A DNA stretch of 36,333 nt from a virus (lineage: Duplodnaviria > Caudoviricetes), in the IMG/VR virus record IMGVR_UViG_3300002225_000010, positions 1 to 36,333 of that record; one strand, 5' to 3'. Both the position numbers and the translations under genes were made by a program. The notes below the pieces were generated by a model that saw only the letters and a program-made list of their open reading frames with translations, had not been told where the DNA came from and ran no database searches. Each line of letters begins with the position of its first letter. Within the stretch, counting starts at the first letter, position 1. This document shows, one piece after another, positions 1-9,200 of the stretch.

Positions 1-27
1 TTACACAAAAGTAGGAGCAAAAATTAA

Positions 28-567
28 ATGATAGTAGGTTATATAAGAGTTTCTTCAGTTGATCAGAATACAGCAAGGCAACTTGACGGTATTGAACTTG
101 ATAAAGTTTTTGAGGAAAAATTATCAGGTAAAAATATTACAAACAGGCCAGAGCTTCAAGAATGCCTTAACTTCCTTCGGGAAGGTGATGTTTTGCTTGT
201 TCATTCAATTGATCGGTTAGCACGTAATCAACGTGACCTTCAAAACATCGTAGGTGATTTGGTTGCTAAAGGTGTATCGATTAAATTCATCACTGAAAAC
301 CTTGAGTTTGGCAATAAAGATAATCCTATGGGTAACCTCATGCTTCAAATGATGGGCGCGTTTGCTGAGTTCGAAAGGACTATGATTAAATCTCGCCAGC
401 GTGAAGGGATTCGAAAAGCAAAAGAACGAGGGCAGCAATTCGGCCGTAAAAGTTTAAAGCCTGAGCTGGTAACTGAATTAAAAAACCGAAAAGAAAAAGG
501 GCAATCTGTTAAGGAAATAGCTTTTGCGATGAATATCGGATCAAGTACGGTTTATAAATACTTATGA
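28..567 (+). CDS. Small serine recombinase (resolvase/invertase family)
   Basis: GYIRVSS catalytic-Ser motif, Q..RQ, SG....RPEL, GD.LLV.SIDRLARN, GAFAEFER..I..RQREG...A...G..FGR and a C-terminal HTH; AGGAG RBS upstream. Confidence 0.95.
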   Translation: MIVGYIRVSSVDQNTARQLDGIELDKVFEEKLSGKNITNRPELQECLNFLREGDVLLVHSIDRLARNQRDLQNIVGDLVAKGVSIKFITENLEFGNKDNPMGNLMLQMMGAFAEFERTMIKSRQREGIRKAKERGQQFGRKSLKPELVTELKNRKEKGQSVKEIAFAMNIGSSTVYKYL

Positions 568-824
568 CTTGGCCAAAAAAAGAAATATACCCTATTTGGT
601 ATTTCAACAAAAAACCTAATTCAGATCAAAATTTCATATTAAAACGAATGACGGTTATACCACCTAAGCACAAGCAAAAAATCGCCGATCGCTACGAGCT
701 TATTTATCAGAATAGAAATACTACTGGCAACCGTAAACGGGCCAATACTTTTTTAAATAAAATTGCTAAATGGTTTTATAACGAAAGTAAGAAGCCAAAA
801 CAAAAAGGCAGAAAACTACTATGA
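564..824 (+). CDS. Hypothetical basic protein
   Basis: 86-aa ORF with ATGA overlaps on both sides. Confidence 0.7.
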   Translation: MTWPKKEIYPIWYFNKKPNSDQNFILKRMTVIPPKHKQKIADRYELIYQNRNTTGNRKRANTFLNKIAKWFYNESKKPKQKGRKLL

Positions 825-1036
825 AATTAAGTGAATTAAATATCGGAGATAAATTTATTCTTGTTCGTTCTGGCAACAAGTATATTAACGCTGAATATCA
901 GCGAAACGCTTTAGGCGTAGGTTTGAGAAGTAATTTTGTAATACCGCTAAATGAAAAAGGCGAGCAATTACCAGTAAGAACCTTAAGCACTCAGTGCAAG
1001 GTTGAATTAGTAACAGGGGATGATAATGGCAACTAA
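821..1036 (+). CDS. Hypothetical protein
   Basis: 71-aa ORF, ATGA-coupled to the upstream gene. Confidence 0.65.
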   Translation: MKLSELNIGDKFILVRSGNKYINAEYQRNALGVGLRSNFVIPLNEKGEQLPVRTLSTQCKVELVTGDDNGN

Positions 1037-1400
1037 ACCAGCAAACGCAGCACAAAAGGAGTGGATGACGGCTATAGCAGACTTTGCAAGTACAGAATTA
1101 GCTGTACTTTACGGTGACGAGTTTGACCAGTCTTCGTTTCAGCTTCATCATGTTTTGGGTCGAAGCGCAAAAAATAACAAGGTGGCTATTGGTCACGAAT
1201 TTATACTGCCTGTGCCTACAGCTCTTCATGATGTATCAAGCAACCATCCTGAAAATGTAACGCATTGCAAAAAAGCCTTTGTTAAGCGATTTGGCACACA
1301 AAGGTCTTTATTTTATGTAATGTATCAACGAATGAAAGAAGATGGTTATAACGTGCCAAACATTGAGATTTATAACGCAATACAGGCAACAAGCGCATGA
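1020..1400 (+). CDS. Ref/DUF968-like HNH-type nuclease (degenerate)
   Basis: QLHHVLGR...HEFILPV...LHD...F..RFGTQ..L resembles the Ref (recombination enhancement function) pattern; the start may be the ATG at 1026. Confidence 0.55.
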   Translation: MIMATKPANAAQKEWMTAIADFASTELAVLYGDEFDQSSFQLHHVLGRSAKNNKVAIGHEFILPVPTALHDVSSNHPENVTHCKKAFVKRFGTQRSLFYVMYQRMKEDGYNVPNIEIYNAIQATSA

Positions 1401-1678
1401 TCAGAGCGGCTAGGGTTGACGAAAACCAACCTGAAATAGTAAAAGCGTTTCGTGATCTTGGTTGGTATGTTTTAATCATCAGTCAATTGAAAAACTGTTG
1501 CGATATCATGGTTAGTAAAGGCGGTCGAACGGTAGCTGTTGAAATCAAAGATGGTAAAAAACCAGCCTCAAAAAGAAAATTATCAAAAGGAGAATTGCAG
1601 TTTAAAGAAGAATGGAAAGGCGAATACGCAATAGTTATCTGCGTTCAAGATGTAATTAACATAGCAAATAAACAATAA
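1397..1678 (+). CDS. VRR-NUC-like PD-(D/E)XK nuclease / putative junction resolvase
   Basis: RAARVDENQPEIVKAFR..G, CDIMVSKGG...VEIKDG, RKLS..E..F...WKG. Confidence 0.75.
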   Translation: MIRAARVDENQPEIVKAFRDLGWYVLIISQLKNCCDIMVSKGGRTVAVEIKDGKKPASKRKLSKGELQFKEEWKGEYAIVICVQDVINIANKQ

Positions 1679-1694
1679 AACAAGTGAGATATTT

Positions 1695-1937
1695 ATGAGT
1701 GATTTAAAACCATATCAAGTAGGCGAAAACGATATTGTAGTAGCAACAACCGAACAGCAAGTAATCGATATTCTTTGTAATTATGCGGATTTAAAGCCAG
1801 ATGAATTAACGGTGGAAGATGTAAATGAGCAACCTTTATCATTAAAGCTTTATACTGAAGAAGGTGATGTTATCGGAACTTTAGGCGAATACATGAAAGA
1901 CGTAACAGAAGCACAATACTTATTTGGATGGGAATAA
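1695..1937 (+). CDS. Hypothetical acidic protein
   Basis: 80-aa ORF, GAG RBS, operon context. Confidence 0.7.
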   Translation: MSDLKPYQVGENDIVVATTEQQVIDILCNYADLKPDELTVEDVNEQPLSLKLYTEEGDVIGTLGEYMKDVTEAQYLFGWE

Positions 1938-1940
1938 ATA

Positions 1941-2537
1941 ATGAACCCATATGAAGAATTAAATGTAACCGTAGATACTGACAAAGCAGCAATAAAAAAA
2001 GCTTACAAGTCAGCATCGTCAAAAGTTCACCCAGATAAACAAGGTGGTGATAAAGAAAAGTTTCAGCGCGTAAAATTGGCTTATGATATTTTGTCTGATC
2101 CTGAGCGTAAAGCTCGCTATGATCAAACCGGCGATATCGAAGAAGTTAAGCCAAAGCAAGATCCAGTGGAACAGCGCATAACTCAATTGTTCGCCTCAAT
2201 GATTGGTGAAAGCAACTTTTCCGGCAATGTAATTGAAAAAGCAATTGATATCTCGAGATCTGCAATTAGCGATTTAGTGGCAGCTTCTTGTAAGGTCGAT
2301 ACAGAGCTTAAAAAATTAACTAAACGTCTTGGTCGGGTTACGTGCAAAGACGACTTGAATATGTATGAAATTGTTCTTAACGGTAAGATTAGCGAGCTAA
2401 CTTATCGTATGAATCAAATGGATGAAGAGCATGCTGTTATGGAAGGTGTTTTAGAAAAGCTGTCTAGCTATTCAGATGAAGCGCCAGAGGAAGAGGAAAA
2501 CAAGTGGCCTTCTCATCAATGGCCCAATTCTTTATAA
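1941..2537 (+). CDS. J-domain (DnaJ-like, class C) co-chaperone
   Basis: NPYEELNV...IKKAYK.....HPDKQGG...KFQRV..AYDILSDPERKARYDQTG is a canonical J-domain with intact HPD; helical C-terminus. Confidence 0.92.
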   Translation: MNPYEELNVTVDTDKAAIKKAYKSASSKVHPDKQGGDKEKFQRVKLAYDILSDPERKARYDQTGDIEEVKPKQDPVEQRITQLFASMIGESNFSGNVIEKAIDISRSAISDLVAASCKVDTELKKLTKRLGRVTCKDDLNMYEIVLNGKISELTYRMNQMDEEHAVMEGVLEKLSSYSDEAPEEEENKWPSHQWPNSL

Positions 2538-2549
2538 AAGGTAAATACC

Positions 2550-3020
2550 ATGAATAAAAATCAATTATTAAATCACGTTGTTATTCCAATGCTTAAAGAT
2601 ATCCCGAAAGGATTAACCGAGCAATCGAAGTTAGCCATAATGATGATAATCGCCCACGAATCTAAACGTGGTGAATTCATCAAGCAAATAGGCAAAGGTC
2701 CTGCAGTCGGTTTAATACAAATGGAACCAAGAACGCATGATAGTACTTGGAAGTTTGGCGATTCAATATGGATAAACGCCATGAATGCCGGGATAATTAC
2801 ACCGCAAGAAAAAGCCAGTGGCATCCATCCACCGGCAGAGCGTTTAATTTATGACTTGAAATACAATGTATTCATGGCTAGACAAAGGTTGTTTATGAAG
2901 CCGGGCACTTTACCTAGTGACTTAGTTAGTATGTCTTTATATCTAAAAAAACATTGGAACTCAGTGGTAGGTAAAGCTAACGAAGACTCTTACATGGTTG
3001 ATTATGAGCTATGGAGTTAA
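2550..3020 (+). CDS. Putative endolysin (lysozyme/transglycosylase-like fold)
   Basis: AHES (candidate catalytic Glu), KQIGKGPAVGLIQMEP.T, DL.Y....AR, P..LP, YLKKHWNS..GKA; lies next to a holin. Confidence 0.7.
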   Translation: MNKNQLLNHVVIPMLKDIPKGLTEQSKLAIMMIIAHESKRGEFIKQIGKGPAVGLIQMEPRTHDSTWKFGDSIWINAMNAGIITPQEKASGIHPPAERLIYDLKYNVFMARQRLFMKPGTLPSDLVSMSLYLKKHWNSVVGKANEDSYMVDYELWS

Positions 3021-3583
3021 CGTTTAAATAGGTTACCAATAATACCGTTTACAGGGTCAACTTTATGGCCCTGTGCAGCGTTCATTTTATCCTTGCCTTC
3101 GTCACGTAAAATGCCAAAGTAAGCTAATAGTAATGTAGTTAACGTTCCCGTTATTGCTGTTAAAAACATCCAGCTATCATTAATGCTTTCCAATGGATTT
3201 TCAGAGTTAATAACAGCCCATGCCCATAATGAAATCGCCACTATATTAACGAATGCTATAACCTGAAACGACTGATAAGCAATCTTTGGTCTAGTCGTAT
3301 GCTTTGATTGAGCATTGGCTTGTAACATTACTTGTAATGTGTCGTAAGATTTTTTTATTTGCGTTTCTTTTACGTCGAATTCCTTCATTAATATTTGCGC
3401 TTGTTTCTCAGGTGGTAACTTGTTAATAGCATCACTAACCTGATCACCAGTCGCATCAGTAGGTAATTGTTTATCGTTGGGTAATAATTTATTAACCGCA
3501 CCAACGATAAGCGATCCCGCACCTGGTAACGCAATATCCAACGCTGCGCCACCGACCTTTTTTACAATATCCCAAAGTTTCAT
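3017..3583 (-). CDS. Putative holin (GTA 3TM-holin-like)
   Basis: Gly/Ala-rich hydrophobic N-terminus, RPKIAY motif, two C-terminal TM segments ending LLLAYFG. Confidence 0.7.
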   Translation of the reverse strand: MKLWDIVKKVGGAALDIALPGAGSLIVGAVNKLLPNDKQLPTDATGDQVSDAINKLPPEKQAQILMKEFDVKETQIKKSYDTLQVMLQANAQSKHTTRPKIAYQSFQVIAFVNIVAISLWAWAVINSENPLESINDSWMFLTAITGTLTTLLLAYFGILRDEGKDKMNAAQGHKVDPVNGIIGNLFKR

Positions 3584-3642
3584 ATTATTACCTTAACTGT
3601 AAGAAGAAATATACTTTATTTACCAAGATCTGGCGGTAACTC

Positions 3643-3825
3643 CTACTTTAAAATAAATTCTAAATCTCTTTTGTGCGTATCACATACCCAAAAGAATTCA
3701 TCATCACCACGCATGTAGTTAAACTCAACTTCTGTTTTGAATTTAGCTAATTGACCACACTCGCATTTCGCTGCTGTATTTTTTGGTTTCTTGTGTACTT
3801 GTCTTATTTTTGGGTATTTAGACAT
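3643..3825 (-). CDS. Small putative zinc-binding protein
   Basis: 60 aa with CECG...CDTH; AGGA RBS upstream. Confidence 0.65.
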   Translation of the reverse strand: MSKYPKIRQVHKKPKNTAAKCECGQLAKFKTEVEFNYMRGDDEFFWVCDTHKRDLEFILK

Positions 3826-3860
3826 AATTCAAATCCTGCGTTAATGTTTGCATACAATAC

Positions 3861-3888
3861 AAAACCTCTTTTAAAAGGTTTTTTCTTT
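3861..3888. terminator. Weak, possibly bidirectional hairpin terminator
   Basis: AAAACCT-N8-AGGTTTT followed by TTCTTT on +; AT-rich stem. Confidence 0.35.
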
Positions 3889-3893
3889 ATGGT

Positions 3894-5954
3894 TTACGGC
3901 GGATCTAAAAGTCCGTTTATCGCGTTTGAAATCTTGTTAACTGTTCCAGATATAACGCCATAAACATTGTTATCTACAGAGTCATAATGAGTATTGTTTG
4001 TTGCATCCAATACAGCGCCATTAGCAACAGTAACGTGAAACGTTCTATTTACATCTGCTACATAGTTATGACTAAATCTAGCGTCACTATCAATTTGAAT
4101 CATGTTTGTTGTTGCTAGGTTGTTGTTTCCAGCCTTACAGGTGATATGGTGAATTTCCATAAGCTGCGTGGCTTTCAAGAAATGAGTTAAATTATTTATT
4201 TCAAGCTCTGCTCCGCAAATATCAATTTCATCTATTACGCCGCTATTTAACGCCATTTGTTTAGGTGCTTTACCTCTAACAGTGAGCTTACCTAATACAG
4301 TTCCCGTTATAGTGTTTACTGTATCAATATCGCAATCAATAAGTGTTACGTTAGTTGTTGCAGTTGCAGCCCCTAAAGTTAACGTAGTAAGCTTAACCCC
4401 TTCAAGGGTGAAATCAGGAATATCAGCATTTTCAATAGTTAAGGTTTGCTCAATCTCCCCACCTAACATATGGAACTTATCAATAGTTACTGAGCCGAAT
4501 AAAATTTTACTTATGAAGCCACCGACAACTTTAAACTCTTCAACGGATGAAGGGAAGAATATCGAATTGTTTCCTGCCGGGAATGTCGGATTAGTTAATA
4601 GGGTCTCTGTTGCTCTTGATGCAAGTGCATACAATCCTGTTGTTTGACCTACATCGTTAAAGATACACTCACGGTATTCTATATAGTCCTTTGTAGTGTT
4701 TGAGCTTGAACCATTTTCCACGCCACTACTTGAAGACTCCCCTGTTCTACCTACTGCGTTAAATCGACACCGATTGATTAATGCGCGTGTTGATACACCA
4801 AACTTCGCAATGTTACCACCTTTACCTGTCCCGATAGAGAATGAAGAATCTTCAACAACCAGGTTATCTATGAAACCGTTACCACCACCACCAGCAAATA
4901 TTTCAAACGCATTACTTACACCAACACCAGCGAAACTACCATCAGTAACAATAACTCTTTTAATATTTACGTTACCGTAAGCTTGTCCAAGTAAGAAGCG
5001 AAGTGATATAGGAAATTGTGTAAACCCATCTATAGTCACATCTTCGATAGTGATACCAACACAGTCAACTAATGTTATAGCTTGTGTTGCCTTACCTGCT
5101 GTGGGTGTACTTGTAAATCTCTTTTTTCTTATTGTTACATCTTTACCACCAGAAGGGAGGTATAATCCGTTACTGTCTTCAGTGTTGGCAATATCAACAA
5201 CTGTGGACACACCATCACCTTCAATCGTTAATGGTGTATGTGTTATAGGTAAATTACCAGCGAAAGAATATGCGCCAGAAGGTAGGTAATGTGACTTTAT
5301 ATCAGTGTTTGCCAAGCAAGCAATCATTTCTGAAGAAGAATCAATACCTACCTTTGACGTCCCGATTTTTGTCACATCAAATGGTGAGTTAACTCGCAAA
5401 GATAGCGCTAATGAGTTATTTCCAAGCGAAGCCACTTTAAAAAAAGGATCAGGCGTTACACTTGATAATAATACAGCGTCCCAACTTTCAGAACCCCCAT
5501 TACCTTGCGTGTGTTCTTTTACGTTAGCTGCTTGACCCAAAGCCATTGAAGCGTCATTTATCAACGATGAGAAGTCAGGGAAGTTTCTAGCGTACTCACC
5601 AGTCAGAGTTTCAAAAAACAATACATTAGTACTGTTAATAAAAAACTCCCCTTCGAATTGAGTGCGATATATTTGACCTGAGTTACTATCTACAACCAAT
5701 TGACCATTGATAACATCGTTTGATTTATTCCAATCTTTTGCGCGATCCCAATTACCAACGAAAGCACAATAAATACCATTTTGTGTAGAGTCGGATTGAT
5801 CCTTAACGAGTACACGATCACCTTCAACTAACTGAACGCCTGAAATGATAGGTAACCCAGTAAGGGTTATATTTGCTATAGACGAAACAATAACGGGTGA
5901 CTTTACCGCCTCCCTTGGTGATTTACCTAAGCGACCTTGTTGATTGTCAGCCAT
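3894..5954 (-). CDS. Tail fibre/tailspike with right-handed beta-helix (putative polysaccharide depolymerase)
   Basis: N-terminal NITLTGL..ISGV.L..GDRVLVKDQ....QNGIY...W.RA.D anchor-type domain; YLPSGAY / LTIEGDG pectate-lyase-3-like start and I/V-x-I/V beta repeats; position after the ejection proteins. Confidence 0.8.
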   Translation of the reverse strand: MADNQQGRLGKSPREAVKSPVIVSSIANITLTGLPIISGVQLVEGDRVLVKDQSDSTQNGIYCAFVGNWDRAKDWNKSNDVINGQLVVDSNSGQIYRTQFEGEFFINSTNVLFFETLTGEYARNFPDFSSLINDASMALGQAANVKEHTQGNGGSESWDAVLLSSVTPDPFFKVASLGNNSLALSLRVNSPFDVTKIGTSKVGIDSSSEMIACLANTDIKSHYLPSGAYSFAGNLPITHTPLTIEGDGVSTVVDIANTEDSNGLYLPSGGKDVTIRKKRFTSTPTAGKATQAITLVDCVGITIEDVTIDGFTQFPISLRFLLGQAYGNVNIKRVIVTDGSFAGVGVSNAFEIFAGGGGNGFIDNLVVEDSSFSIGTGKGGNIAKFGVSTRALINRCRFNAVGRTGESSSSGVENGSSSNTTKDYIEYRECIFNDVGQTTGLYALASRATETLLTNPTFPAGNNSIFFPSSVEEFKVVGGFISKILFGSVTIDKFHMLGGEIEQTLTIENADIPDFTLEGVKLTTLTLGAATATTNVTLIDCDIDTVNTITGTVLGKLTVRGKAPKQMALNSGVIDEIDICGAELEINNLTHFLKATQLMEIHHITCKAGNNNLATTNMIQIDSDARFSHNYVADVNRTFHVTVANGAVLDATNNTHYDSVDNNVYGVISGTVNKISNAINGLLDPP

Positions 5955-5963
5955 AATTTTTCC

Positions 5964-6281
5964 TTAATGAGTTTGAATGTATTGTTTTATTGCGTAAGCT
6001 ACCGCGCCAAAAATTATTAATATTGTTCCCCAAATACCTGAGGTAACTAATTTTTTTCTAACGTCACGCCAGAATTCAGTTTTTTCATGTTCTGCTTTTA
6101 TTCGTGAATCCAAATAATCAGCGTACTTATCATTTTGTTCAACAAGCCGATCGATAGCATCAGCCATATGAATTATATCCCCTTCAAGATTATCAAGTCG
6201 CTCCTTGGTATTTAAGCGCTCGTTCTTTTCTGGATCACGGTTTACGTTTAGTTGATTAAACTCTTTAATATGTGGTGACAT
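5964..6281 (-). CDS. Coiled-coil protein with C-terminal TM helix (holin/antiholin-like)
   Basis: RLDNLE..I..MA.AIDRLV coiled coil, TM IWGTILIIFGAVAYAI. Confidence 0.6.
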   Translation of the reverse strand: MSPHIKEFNQLNVNRDPEKNERLNTKERLDNLEGDIIHMADAIDRLVEQNDKYADYLDSRIKAEHEKTEFWRDVRKKLVTSGIWGTILIIFGAVAYAIKQYIQTH

Positions 6282-9200
6282 TAATTTTTATCCTTTCCTT
6301 CAACTATTGCCTGGTAGGTTTTTTTGATGGCGTTTCCGCTTTCTTTACCTTGTGAATTACTATCTACAAAATCCATAACCCTTGTGACGTTACCGATACC
6401 AGGTACAGGAACTATTGTGGTTATAGCTTTAGTTATATCACTGGTTGCTTTTACGCCTGATTGCTTGCCACTAAGGAATGAATCAAATTCACCGTAAAGC
6501 CTGAACGCAGTTTCTTGACCACCACCTAATAACGTTTTAGGGCTGTAGCCACTAAATGAGCCTACAATATCACGAAGGAATGGTATCGTTCCACCCATAA
6601 AGGAAACGTAGCGCTTAGTCATCCACTCGTACCAAGCTTCATCACTATCATCGGCGGGATAATCCATAACTAGCAATGCGGCCATGGTTGCAGATATTAC
6701 CGGGGTCATAAATAAAGCTTTAATAGTTCCAGCATCGGCAGTAGTCCAGCCTTCAGTTGATCGGTACATTCTTTGATAATAAGAGTTAAACCACGAGCCA
6801 AACAACGTCATTATTTTAACGAATTCAGATTGATTTTTTTGGAACAAAGCGCCCATATGTAAATCACTACCTGAGCCAACTGATTCAGCAACAGCGGTAT
6901 TCGCTTCGCTTGATGCTCGTTTATCATCACCATGTAATTCAAATTGTCTTTCATAAGTTGCTAACCAAGTTGGATAAGCAAGCAATGAATCAATTGCTGT
7001 TTGCATGAAGAAGCCTTTACTAGCAAAGTCACGGTATTTTTTCTGCACGTTATTGGTAACATCTAAATCTTTAAGGAATTCTGCAGCTTCACGGTTAACG
7101 AATGATGCGCGTTCTTTCATAAATGGCGATCTATCATTGATAAAATCAACTAAGTCATTATCGGTAACAATTCTATTCATCGCGTTAATAACTGGCACCA
7201 CACCAAGCTCATCAACGATTACAGGTAACGATGAAAATTGTTGCACTGTATTTCGAATAGAAAAACATAAATGCTTATAGGTTGCCGCTCGTCTTAATAG
7301 CTTAGATATTCTAGCGATAGTTTTAACCGTTTCACGGTAAGAGCGGTTTGAAATAGTGCCTTCAAGGTTTTCAATTAACGCACCGAAAAATCCATTGCCA
7401 TGCTTTTGTTCAATGGCTTGCTTAACTTTAGGGTTATTTATTAAGCTTTGAGTTCTACGGCCACTTTCAGCAAATGCAATATAGTGAATATTCTCTTCTA
7501 GTGATTGAGAAATATTTGAAGTGTAAAGCTTAACAGGTGAACCTCCACCACCAACACGCGCAAAAGTTGAACCGGCGCGAGTAGGTACAACTGTTTGCAT
7601 TCTTGTTGCCTGATCTTGATCAGCCTTTAAATCTAATCTAGACGAGTCATACATTAGGCGCATATGACCACCAGACATATTAACACCATTAACAGTAAAC
7701 GGCATCGCATCTAGTTTAGGTGGAGCAACACCAAGCAATTTAACTGAAGCGCTAGAAAGTTGAGGCCAAACGGTTTCATTCATTTCCCAAACTTTATTAA
7801 CCATTTTTAATTGTTCTGTCGTTAAGTCAGACATAATTTTCATTACATCGTTATCAGTCATGCCGTAACCATCACGAACAGCTTCACGACTTGTTTCAGT
7901 ACCCCAATAAACAGCAAGCATAAATCTAGCTTCATTGTGAGCATCAAAGGTTAAGCCGCTATCAAGTAGGTAAGTTTTATTGCCACCCCTGGTTAAACCA
8001 ACGCGATAAATATCACCTAAAATTTCCTGAAACTTTTTATGAAGATCAGCATTAAGCGTTATTTTGTCAGAATTAGCTTCTTCAACTAATCTAAAAATTT
8101 CTTTATGCATAACACCTTCAACATCACTATCTTTAAAATCACCGTCAAGTTTTCTGATAAGGTTTCTCAGTGAAGGAAACTTATTAACAAAATGAGATAA
8201 TTCTCTTCGCTGCTCTTCAAGTCTACGCGCAACACCGCCACGACCTTTATAATCAGACTTGCCATTCTTTAATATAGATTCAGCCATATCATCAATGGTT
8301 TTATTAAATTCAGCCTTACCAAGATCAGACATTACACCGCCAACATAACGAAGGTGGCGCAACATATCATTAAGGCCCTGAAGATCTTGCGCTGATAAAT
8401 CATCAAAGGTAGGTAATTTTAATTCAGTAATTTCGCCGTTCTGTTTAGCTTCAAGCGCTTCGATTAAATTAACATCGAGCAATTCAAGTTGAACAAATTG
8501 ATTTTCATCATCAACTTGTGCAACGTACCAATTAAGCAGGTTATTAACTGCCACTTGCTGATCAGGCTTTTGGCGCATATCGTACAAGTTTGCTAAAACC
8601 TTCATGTTTTGAACATACTCAGGATTAACTTGTTTAGTATTATACTCACGAGTTTGGACAGACTTTACATACTTGCGATGCTTGGTCATGCGATCCTTTG
8701 TCTCAACAGCCTCACGATACATATAATGATTAGCTAATTGCTGAACCTTGTGATTGTATTGCTGCTCTTTATCTTTGGCTAAAACAGCCTTTTGAGCCGC
8801 TTTAATTTCAGCACGATAATATTTGTTAGGCTGTATTTCTTTAAACTTCATTGAACCGATTAAAGTTTTAGCTTCTGCCTTGAGATAATCACGGTTAATT
8901 TTGTTAGCACGTTCAGGTTTAAGTGCTTTTAACTCTTCCAATAATAATTTAGCTTGAGTTTCGTTATGAATAGCCTCCTGCGCTTCTACCTCAATTGTGC
9001 CATCATTTAAAATATCACCATGCTTTTCAATCATTCGCTCTTGAGCCGCAGCATCAGCGGCTTCTTTTAATGGTGGAACTGAAACCATTTCAGTGAGCAT
9101 TTGTTCAGGACTAGCAAAGCCATTAACTTCTGAATATTCTTGTGGATCAATCCCATCAACCTCAGTGCGGCCATATAATTGCTTAGGTAATTTTGTAATA

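Noticed and set aside
4282-5535. Series of plus-strand ORFs opposite the tailspike (and similar ones at 7005, 18482, 24192, 26396, 33204)
   Set aside because: They are antisense shadows of long genes caused by codon bias; they lack RBSs or recognisable motifs.
3894-5954. Diversity-generating retroelement as in BPP-1
   Set aside because: No reverse transcriptase in the window, and I saw no template/variable repeat pair for the fibre genes.
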